From positions 1 to 45,500 of the forward strand of contig DALYDP010000001.1 of assembly GCA_031973095.1 (NCBI GenBank): a stretch of 45,500 nt of DNA, written 5' to 3'. Made by a program: the position numbers and the translations under genes. The notes under the pieces are model-generated. The model saw only the letters and a program-made list of their open reading frames with translations, searched no databases and was not told the origin of the DNA. The DNA comes from Candidatus Peribacteraceae bacterium. Lineage in GTDB: Bacteria > Patescibacteriota > Gracilibacteria > Peribacterales > Peribacteraceae. Shown here in pieces: positions 36,775-45,500 of the stretch; the stretch's first letter is position 1; every line of letters begins with the position of its first letter.

Positions 36775-37860
36775 ATGAAGATCGTGCTCTCGGCCGCGTA
36801 TGGCATGGGCAACATCGGCGATGAGGCGATCGCGGACATGGCGGTCGCCCACCTGCGTGAAGTGGCTCCCGGAGCCCGGATCACGGTGCTGGTGTCCGAC
36901 CACGTGGTGTGGCGCGAGGCGCACCCGTCGTCCGATGTCCGAGCTCTGCCCGGTTTTTTCTCGCGTTCGTTCGCTCGCCCTTCCGCGTGGCCGGGGTTGG
37001 CCCGCTCGTTTTTCGCGGTGGCCGCGTGCGACGCGTTCGTGTGGGGCGGCGGGGGGCTCGTCCGGAACCGCACGGTGTGGTTGCGCCAGTACCTGCGCGG
37101 CACCCGGCTCGCGTCGTTCTTCCGGAAGCCCGTCATCGTGCTCGCGGTCGGCGTGGAAGCGATCGCGGATGCGGACGTGAAGCGGCTGCTGCGCGCCCTG
37201 CGGTCGGCGGACGCCGTCTCGGTGCGAGACGACAATAGCAAGCGGAACCTCGTCGACGCCGTGCCCGGCTTGCGGGTCGACGTCGTGTCCGATGGTGTGT
37301 TTCATTGGCCCGCCGTCCGGCACAATCCGCCCGCCCGCCCCGTCCTGGGCGTCAACCTGTGCAACGTGGAGGGCAGCGGCGGGATGGACGACGCCATCCG
37401 CGGATGGTTGGATGATCTCTCGTCCGTCCTGCTCGCCGCGGGAGAGGGCAAGGACTTCGACGTTGTCAGTCTTCCGACCAACAAGAAGGATGAGAAATTT
37501 TCGACGTACTTCTGCTCGTTGTCCCCGGGGCGGACACATGCGGTCGCGGCGACGCCCGCGGCGTACGTCGGGCGCTTGGCTGGCTGCACGGCATTCGTCG
37601 GCATGCGGCTCCATTCCTGCATCCTCGCCTCGCGCGTCGAAGGGTTGCCGACCTTGTGTTTCGCCTACGCCGCCAAAACGATGGACATGTTCCGCGCGTG
37701 TGGCGCGGGCGCTTCTGCGTTCCCGTTGGACGCGGTGCGTTCCGCCGCCTTCCGGGACGCGCTCGACACCGCTTTGTCTGGCGCCGTGGTCCCGGCGCTG
37801 CGTCCCGGCGAAAGCGCCGTCCACCCGTGCGAATGGTTGCGCGCACGCTTGTCGCGCTGA
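36775..37860 (+). CDS. polysaccharide pyruvyl transferase (CsaB/WcaK family)
   Basis: Has the N-terminal YGMGNIGDEAI and the WGGGGL motif typical of PS_pyruv_trans. Confidence 0.85.
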   Translation: MKIVLSAAYGMGNIGDEAIADMAVAHLREVAPGARITVLVSDHVVWREAHPSSDVRALPGFFSRSFARPSAWPGLARSFFAVAACDAFVWGGGGLVRNRTVWLRQYLRGTRLASFFRKPVIVLAVGVEAIADADVKRLLRALRSADAVSVRDDNSKRNLVDAVPGLRVDVVSDGVFHWPAVRHNPPARPVLGVNLCNVEGSGGMDDAIRGWLDDLSSVLLAAGEGKDFDVVSLPTNKKDEKFSTYFCSLSPGRTHAVAATPAAYVGRLAGCTAFVGMRLHSCILASRVEGLPTLCFAYAAKTMDMFRACGAGASAFPLDAVRSAAFRDALDTALSGAVVPALRPGESAVHPCEWLRARLSR

Positions 37861-38937
37861 TCAGCGCCCGGCCGCCGCATAGGCTTCTTCCGTCCCGTCG
37901 GCCATCGCGGCCACGGTGAACCGTTCGGCGTGCTCCCTGCACGCGCGTGGGTCGATGGTTTTTTCTTTTAGCACGTTGCGCATCGCGCGCACGATGCCCG
38001 CCGTGTCCGCCGTGTCGATGCGGTATCCCGTCACGCCGTCGATGATCGCTTCGGCCGCGCCGCCGTCGGCCGGGCCGATGCACGGAAGCCCGTGCGCGCC
38101 GGCCTCGAGGAACACGAGTCCGAATCCTTCGAACCGGTCGGGCGTCGTTTGAGATGGCATGAGGTAGAGGTCGGCCGTGTGGTACAGCGCGGCAAGCTCC
38201 GCGTCGTCGATCCTGCCCGCGAACGTAACCGCGCTTTCCAGCCCCGCGGTCGCGACCATCGCCCGCGCTTCGCGGACGTAGGGGTGCCGGTCTTCGCAGG
38301 TGCCCACCGCCGTGAACCGCACGGGTCCGTGTTCCTCGGCGTACGCTGCGACGGCGGCGATCGCTTCCTTCACACCTTTGCGCGCTTTCACGCCCCCCAC
38401 AAGCAGCACCGAAGGAACAGCGTTGCCCGGCCGCTCCGTGTACGGCGGGAGGACCATGCCGGTGTACACGACGCTAATGCGCTTCCTTATGCCCGGCCCG
38501 CCTTCCTCGATGCAGCGCCGCTTGGTGTATTGGCTCACCGCGATGCACGAGACGCCGCGTCTCCCGACCCAGCGGACGAACGCAGGCTTTTTGCAGAGCC
38601 ACGCGCCGTAACTACCGTGGAACGTCACGACGCAGCGGGATGCCCACGTCTTCGGCAGCAGCATCAGCGCGAGAGCGTAGGGTTCGAACGTCGCGTGGAT
38701 GATGTCGGGGCGTACCGAGCGGGCGACGCGCCAGATCCTCCATGCGTCGATCCATCGCGCCCACGGGCGCGACAAATACGCCATGCCCGCGTGCAGCGCG
38801 CGGTGGTCCGCGTCGTCGCCGCTCGAACAGAGGATCACGTCGTGCCCTTTCCCGCGCAGGCCCGCGGCGAGCATCCTCACGTAGGTCTGCAAGCCGCTGT
38901 AGCCGAGATGCCCCTCGCAGAGGATCAGGATCCGCAT
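37861..38937 (-). CDS. glycosyltransferase family 4 (GT-B)
   Basis: Has VGGVKARKG and the ...PSQTTPDRFEGFGLVFLEAGAHGLPCIGPADGG...GY region. TGcTACGAT (38944-38949, minus sense) lies 6 nt before the ATG. Confidence 0.9.
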   Translation of the reverse strand: MRILILCEGHLGYSGLQTYVRMLAAGLRGKGHDVILCSSGDDADHRALHAGMAYLSRPWARWIDAWRIWRVARSVRPDIIHATFEPYALALMLLPKTWASRCVVTFHGSYGAWLCKKPAFVRWVGRRGVSCIAVSQYTKRRCIEEGGPGIRKRISVVYTGMVLPPYTERPGNAVPSVLLVGGVKARKGVKEAIAAVAAYAEEHGPVRFTAVGTCEDRHPYVREARAMVATAGLESAVTFAGRIDDAELAALYHTADLYLMPSQTTPDRFEGFGLVFLEAGAHGLPCIGPADGGAAEAIIDGVTGYRIDTADTAGIVRAMRNVLKEKTIDPRACREHAERFTVAAMADGTEEAYAAAGR

Positions 38938-38941
38938 GGCG

Positions 38942-39685
38942 TCATCGTAGCAGTTCGGCCAGTTCGCCGTTCGTCACCGGGCGCACGCCCGAGGCCTGCA
39001 CGTGGGCCAGGAAGCGCTCCACGTCGTCCCACATGCCGTATTTTTCGATTTCGTGCGTGTGCCCCCACAGATGGAAAAACGGTGCGTTCTGTCGCACGGC
39101 GTCGTCGAAGAGGCGGACGGCGAGTGACGACCATGATCCCATCGCCGACAGAGGCACGCCGAGCGCCCGCAACGGGCGGTAGCGCGCGCGGAGGCGGCCG
39201 AGCGGATCGAACGCGTGCCACCATCGCGAGCGCGTCGGGCGCCACGGGAAGGGATAGGCCTGTAACGATGTTGGCATCGCGAATGTCCCTGCGCCGTCGA
39301 ATCGCAGTTCCTCGGTCGTCCTCGCTGCCGCAAACCCGGCCTCCCGCACCATTGCCGCCACGGCGTCGTTGTGGTCGCCGTACGGGTAGCAGAACGTCAA
39401 GCAGTCCTTGGCGGCAATCTCCTCGACCCATCGCTTGCTCGCAACGATCTCCTCTTTCGCCCGCGCCGCCGGCAACGCCGTCAGCCGCGGGTGCGTGATC
39501 GTGTGCGCGCCGACTTCGTGGCGCTCCGCGATCGACCGGATGTCCGCGCGCGTCAGGAGCGTTTGCCCGTGCTGCGATGCCGGACACGCGTAGAAGGTGC
39601 CGGTGCAGCCGTGCGCCGACAGCATGTTCGCCATGCGCCGGTCCAGGTCGTAGCCATCGTCCCAGGACGTCGTGAATACCGTCAT
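38942..39685 (-). CDS. polysaccharide deacetylase (CE4/NodB-like), paralog
   Basis: MTVFTTSWDDGY, the HTITH motif and the C-terminal FHLWGHTHEIEKYGMW are all shared with 35358-36077. Confidence 0.8.
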   Translation of the reverse strand: MTVFTTSWDDGYDLDRRMANMLSAHGCTGTFYACPASQHGQTLLTRADIRSIAERHEVGAHTITHPRLTALPAARAKEEIVASKRWVEEIAAKDCLTFCYPYGDHNDAVAAMVREAGFAAARTTEELRFDGAGTFAMPTSLQAYPFPWRPTRSRWWHAFDPLGRLRARYRPLRALGVPLSAMGSWSSLAVRLFDDAVRQNAPFFHLWGHTHEIEKYGMWDDVERFLAHVQASGVRPVTNGELAELLR

Positions 39686-40367
39686 GCCGCCCGAGCGTAG
39701 CGGAGCGCCACATCGTCCGCACGGCCTTCCAGGCGTCGTGGAGCCGTATTTTCTTGCCTTCCTTCACCGTGCACGGCGCGTACGTGATCGGGATTTCCCT
39801 GATCTCCACGCCCGCTTTCAGGCACTTGGCACAGATTTCCGCCTCGAGTTCGAATCCGTTGCTTTCCAGGCGGAGCGACCGGAAGAGGTCGGTCGGGAGC
39901 AGTTTGTAGCAGGTATAGCTGTCGGTGATGCGCGAGAAAAACAGGACGTTCAGCGCGAGCGACATGGCCTTGTTGCCGAGCAGGAAGCGTTTGTAGATGT
40001 TCGGGTTTCGACGCAGGAACCGCGAGCCGAAGATCACCGCGCCGGGGTGCGCGACGGCTTCGTCGAGCAGCAGGCGGATGTCCGCAGGATCGTATTCGAG
40101 GTCCGCGTCTTGGATTACCGTGTAGTCGCCCGTGGCTTTCTCCAGCCCCATGCGGATGGCCGACCCTTTGCCGCCGTTGGGTTTCGTGAGCACGACGTCG
40201 CGTTGTTTCGCGTGCGCTTTCAGCACGGCGAGCGAGTCGTCCTTCGAGCCGTCGTCCACGTAGATGACTTGCGCGTCCGGCCATGTCGTCGCGAGCGCGG
40301 CCATGATGTCGGCGACGGTCTTCGCTTCGTTGTAGACCGGCACGATGATGGAGAGCGTCGGTTGCAT
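39682..40367 (-). CDS. glycosyltransferase family 2; 3' end anomalous (formal ORF has no stop until 38925)
   Basis: Has IIVPVYNE, YVDDGSKDDS, the QDADLEYD DXD motif and ...EGKKIRLHDAWKAVRTMW. After about aa 222 the frame turns into Arg/Gly/Pro junk overlapping the CE4 gene. A -1 shift near 39706 would end it at the TGA of an ATGA overlap at 39682-39685. Confidence 0.75.
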
Positions 40368-40426
40368 GCGTCGAAACGGCCCACGGATTGTAGAGGATCC
40401 GGGCCGTGCGCGGCTATACTCAGGGC

Positions 40427-40666
40427 ATGGATGCCATCAAACTCCCGCTCTGCGTGGACCTCGACGGCACCCTGATCGAAGGCGACGCGTCGTGGATGTC
40501 CGTTCGCACGTTGTTCAAGCGGTCGCCGTTCACGGCAGTTTCGTTGCTGCCCCTGTTTTTCGTGGATCGCGCGAAGTTCAAGCACGAGCTGTCGCGTCGG
40601 TACGTGCCCGCTTCCGTGGCGGCCGTCGCCAAAAAGAGGTTTGTCATCGAGCGCGAGTTCGCGTGA
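40427..40666 (+). pseudogene. HAD-superfamily N-terminal remnant (motif I only)
   Basis: 79 aa reading MDAIKLPLCVDLDGTLIEGD..., with no later HAD motifs. It is cut off where the convergent dehydrogenase gene begins. TATACT (40415-40420) lies 6 nt before the ATG. Confidence 0.45.
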
Positions 40667-41926
<1,260 letters not shown>

Positions 41927-41985
41927 GGGCGGAGTGTAGCGAAGCGCTGTTCCCTTGGGGAGTCCGTGACTGCTAGGCTTTGTCC
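41927..41985. promoter_or_regulatory. divergent promoter spacer
   Basis: TACACT (41933-41938, minus sense) lies 6 nt before ATG 41926. TGcTAGGCT (41974-41979) lies 6 nt before ATG 41986. Confidence 0.5.
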
Positions 41986-42912
41986 ATGAAGAGCGCGTGG
42001 AACGGCAAAAAAGTGCTGGTAACCGGCGGAACGGGCTTCATAGGCAGTTTTCTCGTGGAATGGTTCCTCGACCGCGGGGCGTCCGTCCGCGTGCCGCTCC
42101 GGGCTCAGAACTACCGCGCGCTGTCGTCCCGCCGTTCCGAAGTCGACTGGATGGAGGGTGATTTGCGCGATCCCGGGTACTGCACCCGCCTCGTCACGGG
42201 CGTGAACCACGTATTCCATTTGGCCGGGTGCCGCCGGAACACGGATTTCCATCAGAAGAAGCCGAGCGACGTGGCCAACGAGAACGTGCGCATGAGCCTG
42301 GCGCTCATCGAGGCTCTCAAGGACGTCGGTGCGCCCGTGCCCGTCACGTTCCTCAGCACGGCGAACGTCCCGCCCGCCATCGACACCGTCGAGCTGTCGC
42401 AGAAAGACAACGTCGACGGGTACGTGCTTGGCAAAGCCCTGTGCGAAACGCTGTGGCTGACGGCGGCTCATCAACGGAAATTCCCCGTACTCGTGGTGCG
42501 CGCGGTCGGAGCGTACGGTCCGCGCGACACCTTCAGCGAAGACGCCAACCTGATCCCTGCCCTCATGCTCCAGGCTCGGGATAAAAAAGACGCCATGACC
42601 GTGTGGGGCGACGGCTCCCAGGAGCGCGCGTTCCTGTACGTGGAAGATTTAATCGAGGTCATGATGAAGCTCGTCGAGGCAAAGGCCTCGGGTATCCAAT
42701 ACGTGACTACGGATGACGTCGTAACGGTGAAGGAGCTTGCCGTACTCATCCGCGATACGGTGCGGCCGGGGTTGCCCATTCAGTTCAACCCTGAGAAAGG
42801 CGTTGCCCCGCGTGCAAAACCCCACTTGTCGGTGCATGAGATCGTGCGCGACCACGAATGGACACCCCTCGCCGAGGGGCTCAAGAACACCAACGACTGG
42901 TGGAAATCATGA
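41986..42912 (+). CDS. NAD-dependent epimerase/dehydratase (extended SDR)
   Basis: Has VTGGTGFIGS and the YVLGK catalytic pair. The ORF is open from a TTG at 41980, but the ATG at 41986 fits the -10 geometry. Confidence 0.85.
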   Translation: MKSAWNGKKVLVTGGTGFIGSFLVEWFLDRGASVRVPLRAQNYRALSSRRSEVDWMEGDLRDPGYCTRLVTGVNHVFHLAGCRRNTDFHQKKPSDVANENVRMSLALIEALKDVGAPVPVTFLSTANVPPAIDTVELSQKDNVDGYVLGKALCETLWLTAAHQRKFPVLVVRAVGAYGPRDTFSEDANLIPALMLQARDKKDAMTVWGDGSQERAFLYVEDLIEVMMKLVEAKASGIQYVTTDDVVTVKELAVLIRDTVRPGLPIQFNPEKGVAPRAKPHLSVHEIVRDHEWTPLAEGLKNTNDWWKS

Positions 42913-43316
42913 AGCGCTTCTTCAGCCATCCGACGGTGCGAACGCACGGCTCTCAACTGCTTAAGTTCGGGCTCACCGGCGGCGCGGGGTCTATCCTGGA
43001 TTTGGGCACGCTCACGCTTCTCACGCGCGCCCTGTCCGTTCCCGCGGAAGTGGCGTTCCTCCTGTCCGCGTTCGTGGGTGCCACGTTCGTGTTCTTCGTG
43101 AACAAGTACTTCACGTTCAACCATCGCGCGAGCGCCTTTCTTCCACAGCTACTCAAGCACTACACCGTCTATGGCCCGGCGATCATCGCGAACTTCCTGC
43201 TCTCGAACGCGCTATTTCTCGTGCTGCCCGACCTCGTCGCCAAATTCATCGCTATCGGCGTGATCGCGGTGTGGAACTACGCGATGTCGCACCACTACGT
43301 GTTTAAGAAGGCGTAG
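42909..43316 (+). CDS. GtrA-family membrane protein
   Basis: 135 aa with 4 TM helices, the LLKFGLTGG...D and FVNKYFTF patterns, and a ...WNY..S..YVF C-terminus. An ATGA overlap links it to the SDR gene. Confidence 0.82.
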   Translation: MKRFFSHPTVRTHGSQLLKFGLTGGAGSILDLGTLTLLTRALSVPAEVAFLLSAFVGATFVFFVNKYFTFNHRASAFLPQLLKHYTVYGPAIIANFLLSNALFLVLPDLVAKFIAIGVIAVWNYAMSHHYVFKKA

Positions 43317-43322
43317 TCACGG

Positions 43323-43430
43323 TTCGGCTCCGCTCACCATGACAACGCCCTTCTCGCTTTCATCGTCATACCACGGGAGGAAATCCAAGCCCTTGGCTCG
43401 CTGTCAGCCTGAGCGGAGCCGAAGGCTGAC
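43323..43430. repeat. inverted-repeat / nested hairpin element between convergent genes
   Basis: TTCGGCTCCGCTCA (43323-43336) is perfectly complementary to TGAGCGGAGCCGAA (43410-43423). That second arm is also the loop of a GTCAGCC/GGCTGAC hairpin (43403-43430). Confidence 0.6.
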
Positions 43431-44335
43431 TAGGTATTCTTCACGTACCACTCGATCGCGCGTTTCACGCCTTCGCCAAAGGGCACGTTCGGCGCGTAGC
43501 CGAGCTTCGCTTTGGCCTTCGAGATATCGGCCACGTAACGCGAGATTTCACCCGTGCGCATCTGCCCCACGTCCACGCCCGCGTCGCTCTTGAAATGTTC
43601 GTTGATCAGTTCGGCCAAGCGGACGATCGTGTTTCCTTCGCCGTACGCGATGTTGTACGTGTCGTTCTTGGCGGTTTCGAACGCGTCGATCGCCTTCACG
43701 ATGCCCTGCACCGCGTCGTCGATGTACGTGAAATCGAGGTACTTCTGGCCGTAGACCGAGAGACGTTCGCCTTTCCGCGCGTTGCGGATGAACAGCGGCA
43801 CCACGCGCACCGAGTCGTCGTACATGCCGTAGACGTTCGAGAAGCGGAAGATGACGTGGTCGATGCCGTAGCACTTGGTGTAGGCGTGCACGAGCGCTTC
43901 GCCGCCGATCTTGCTGGCCGTGTAGGGGCTTTCGCAGTTCTCCACGCGCACCATGTCTTCCGTGTAGACCTCCGCGTGCACGTTGCCGTAGCCCTCGCGG
44001 GACGACGCGAACATGAAGCGCTTGATGTTGTTCTTCCTGCAGAATTCGAGCGCGTTGAAGAGCGAGAGGAAGTTATCGCGCGCGCGGTCCGGGTGTTCGA
44101 CCAATTCGTATACGCGGGCGTTGGCGCCGAGGTGCACGAACGCGTCCGCGTCCGTCGGGAGTCCGGCGAAGTCGGCTTCGTTCTTCAGGTCGCCGACGAC
44201 CGTGACGGCCTGCACGGCCGGGAGCCACTTGTTCGGCACTTTATCGAAGCCCGCGACCGTGTCGCCGCGCTTCAGCAGGACGTCGCAGAGGTGGGTGCCG
44301 ATGGTGCCTGACGAGCCGCTTACGAGAATTTTCAT
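43430..44335 (-). CDS. NAD-dependent epimerase/dehydratase (UDP-glucose 4-epimerase family SDR)
   Basis: Has VSGSSGTIGT and the YTASK catalytic pair. TGcTACACT (44344-44349, minus sense) lies 8 nt before the ATG. Confidence 0.88.
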   Translation of the reverse strand: MKILVSGSSGTIGTHLCDVLLKRGDTVAGFDKVPNKWLPAVQAVTVVGDLKNEADFAGLPTDADAFVHLGANARVYELVEHPDRARDNFLSLFNALEFCRKNNIKRFMFASSREGYGNVHAEVYTEDMVRVENCESPYTASKIGGEALVHAYTKCYGIDHVIFRFSNVYGMYDDSVRVVPLFIRNARKGERLSVYGQKYLDFTYIDDAVQGIVKAIDAFETAKNDTYNIAYGEGNTIVRLAELINEHFKSDAGVDVGQMRTGEISRYVADISKAKAKLGYAPNVPFGEGVKRAIEWYVKNT

Positions 44336-44444
44336 GTGGGCAGAGTGTAGCAGTTTGACGAACGCCGTGAATTATGAATTCTGAAGAAAGTAATGAGGTA
44401 AATCGGGTCTTCATACTTCATGCCCCATCCTTCATACTTCATTC
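44336..44444. promoter_or_regulatory. AT-rich divergent regulatory region with a palindrome and a 13-bp direct repeat
   Basis: GAATT-atg-AATTC lies at 44369-44381. CTTCATACTTCAT occurs at 44409-44421 and again at 44430-44442, 21 bp apart. The second copy ends 2 nt before the GTG at 44445. Confidence 0.45.
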
Positions 44445-45428
44445 GTGCGTTTGTCCCTCATTCTGCCCACCTACAACGAAGCGCAGAACCTGCCGGAGCT
44501 TCTTCGGAGGGTCCATGACGCCGTATCGCCTGCGGAAACCATCGTCGTCGATGACGATTCGCCGGACGGCACGTGGCGGGTGGCGGAGGGGTTGAAAGCG
44601 ACGTATCCGAACCTGCGCGTTATCCGGCGCGTGGGCAAGAAAGGTCTGTCGTCTGCCGTCGTCGACGGTTGTGATGCCGCCACGGGCGAGGTGTTCGTGG
44701 TGATGGACAGCGACCTGCAGCACGATCCCGCGATCGTCGGCGCTCTATCGAAGGAAATCGAAGGAGGGGCGGGTGTCGCGGTGGCGTCCCGGTATCGCGA
44801 GGGTGGCAGCGTGGGGGAGTGGGTCCGCGGCAGGCGGTGGTTGAGCAACATCGGCACGTTCCTCGCGCGCAAACTCCCGAACGTCGAGACCACCGATCCC
44901 ATGAGCGGGTTCTTCGCCGTCCGCGGCGACCTCTACCGCGCGGCGCGCCCGCTGCTCGTGCCCGAAGGGTTCAAGATCCTGTTCGAACTCCTCGCCGCGC
45001 TCCCGAAGGGCACGCGCATCGTCGAGGTCCCGCTCGTGTTCCTGCCGCGCCTCCATGGCGAAAGCAAGTTGTCGCTCGCGGTGCAGGCCCAATTCTTGAA
45101 GCAATCTCTCCGTATCGGGCTGCGGAAAATCGGCATTACCGGCACACGTGCGTTTTCATTGCTCGTGATCGTTCTCGCCGTGGCGTTCGCGGTCCGCGCG
45201 TGGCCCCTGCGTACACTGTATCTCGACGCGTCCATGCGCGGCGCGGTGGCGGTGCAGGTGCGCGACTTCGCGGCCGCCAAGGGCTGGCTCGTGTCCGGCA
45301 TACGCATCGTGTCGATCGCGCCCGACGGGACGTTGCGGCTCGACTACCGTCGGCACGTCCGCGGCACGGATCCCCGCGAATGTTGGATCCTTCCCTCCAC
45401 GGGTGATCCCGTCCCATGCGCAGACTGA
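44445..45428 (+). CDS. polyprenol-phosphate mannosyltransferase-like GT2 (Dpm1/Ppm1-like) with a C-terminal TM and extension
   Basis: Has LILPTYNEAQN, VVDDDSPDGT, DSDLQHDP and SRY...G. A hydrophobic helix and about 80 extra residues follow. Confidence 0.9.
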   Translation: MRLSLILPTYNEAQNLPELLRRVHDAVSPAETIVVDDDSPDGTWRVAEGLKATYPNLRVIRRVGKKGLSSAVVDGCDAATGEVFVVMDSDLQHDPAIVGALSKEIEGGAGVAVASRYREGGSVGEWVRGRRWLSNIGTFLARKLPNVETTDPMSGFFAVRGDLYRAARPLLVPEGFKILFELLAALPKGTRIVEVPLVFLPRLHGESKLSLAVQAQFLKQSLRIGLRKIGITGTRAFSLLVIVLAVAFAVRAWPLRTLYLDASMRGAVAVQVRDFAAAKGWLVSGIRIVSIAPDGTLRLDYRRHVRGTDPRECWILPSTGDPVPCAD

Positions 45429-45500
45429 AGATCGCCCTTTGGCTTGAGTGCTACGCCCTGCTGCTCGCGGTGGTGCAAGAACATAACGGCGTGCGGACCG
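45416..45500 (+). CDS. partial ORF running off the window (hydrophobic N-terminus)
   Basis: The ATG at 45416 overlaps the GT2 3' end by 13 nt. The ORF reads MRRLKIALWLECYALLLAVV... Only 28 codons are visible. Confidence 0.3.
   Translation, partial: MRRLKIALWLECYALLLAVVQEHNGVRT

Noticed and set aside
36739-36824. A perfect SD-like AAAGGAGGTG (36739-36748) followed 11 nt later by an ATG (36759), opening a 21-codon ORF that overlaps the pyruvyl transferase start out of frame.
   Set aside because: The peptide (MVDWSHEDRALGRVWHGQHRR) looks like an off-frame read of the pyruvyl transferase 5' end. All neighbouring genes use the leaderless geometry. The SD-like string also lies in the -35 region of the opposing promoter, so it is probably coincidental.
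38925-39681. The C-terminal 250-codon tail of the GT2 ORF, considered as genuine coding sequence.
   Set aside because: The tail is Arg/Gly/Pro-rich and lies out of frame over a well-formed CE4 deacetylase gene. A frameshift near 39706 is the simpler explanation (see findings).

Overview
Visibly GC-rich bacterial window (composition judged by eye; all calls come from reading the ORF translations and the sequence). The left edge (1-5.3 kb) is housekeeping. It holds enolase, a divergent adenylate-kinase-like gene, a SAM methyltransferase and SufU-SufS. It also holds one canonical tRNA-Thr(GGU) plus two degenerate tRNA-Thr-like copies that share an identical 57-nt D-loop insertion and lie in a direct-repeat structure. 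From about 5.4 kb to the right edge the window is one very large surface-glycan island of about 40 kb. I read 6 GT2/GT-A, 9 GT4/GT-B, 2-3 GT-C-like polytopic membrane proteins and one unclassified DXD protein. Sugar-nucleotide genes are rfbF, rfbG, an RmlC-like epimerase, a WbpO/TviB-like dehydrogenase and 2 SDR enzymes. Modification genes are 3 more SAM-MTases, a pyruvyl transferase plus an FrhB-like protein, 2 paralogous CE4 deacetylases and a fused class-II-GATase/PP-loop N-acetyl-sugar amidotransferase. Membrane accessories are Wzx, GtrA, DUF2304 and an LPG-synthase-TM-like protein. I saw no rRNA, CRISPR array, transposase, integrase or recognisable defence or toxin genes. The points most worth a second look are: (1) a regular promoter-start geometry, with an extended -10-like hexamer 6-9 nt before the start codon at more than 20 genes, implying leaderless mRNAs; (2) four convergent gene pairs abutting exactly through a shared TGATCA; (3) the tRNA-Thr repeat and insertion structure; (4) the amidotransferase fusion; (5) a GT2 gene whose frame lacks a stop at the expected ATGA junction; (6) three modules pairing a polyprenyl-phosphate-sugar synthase with a GT-C-like membrane protein, in an island with no recognisable initiating transferase, polymerase or exporter. 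Many long ORFs in the six-frame track are Arg/Ala/Gly/Pro-rich GC artefacts and were rejected.
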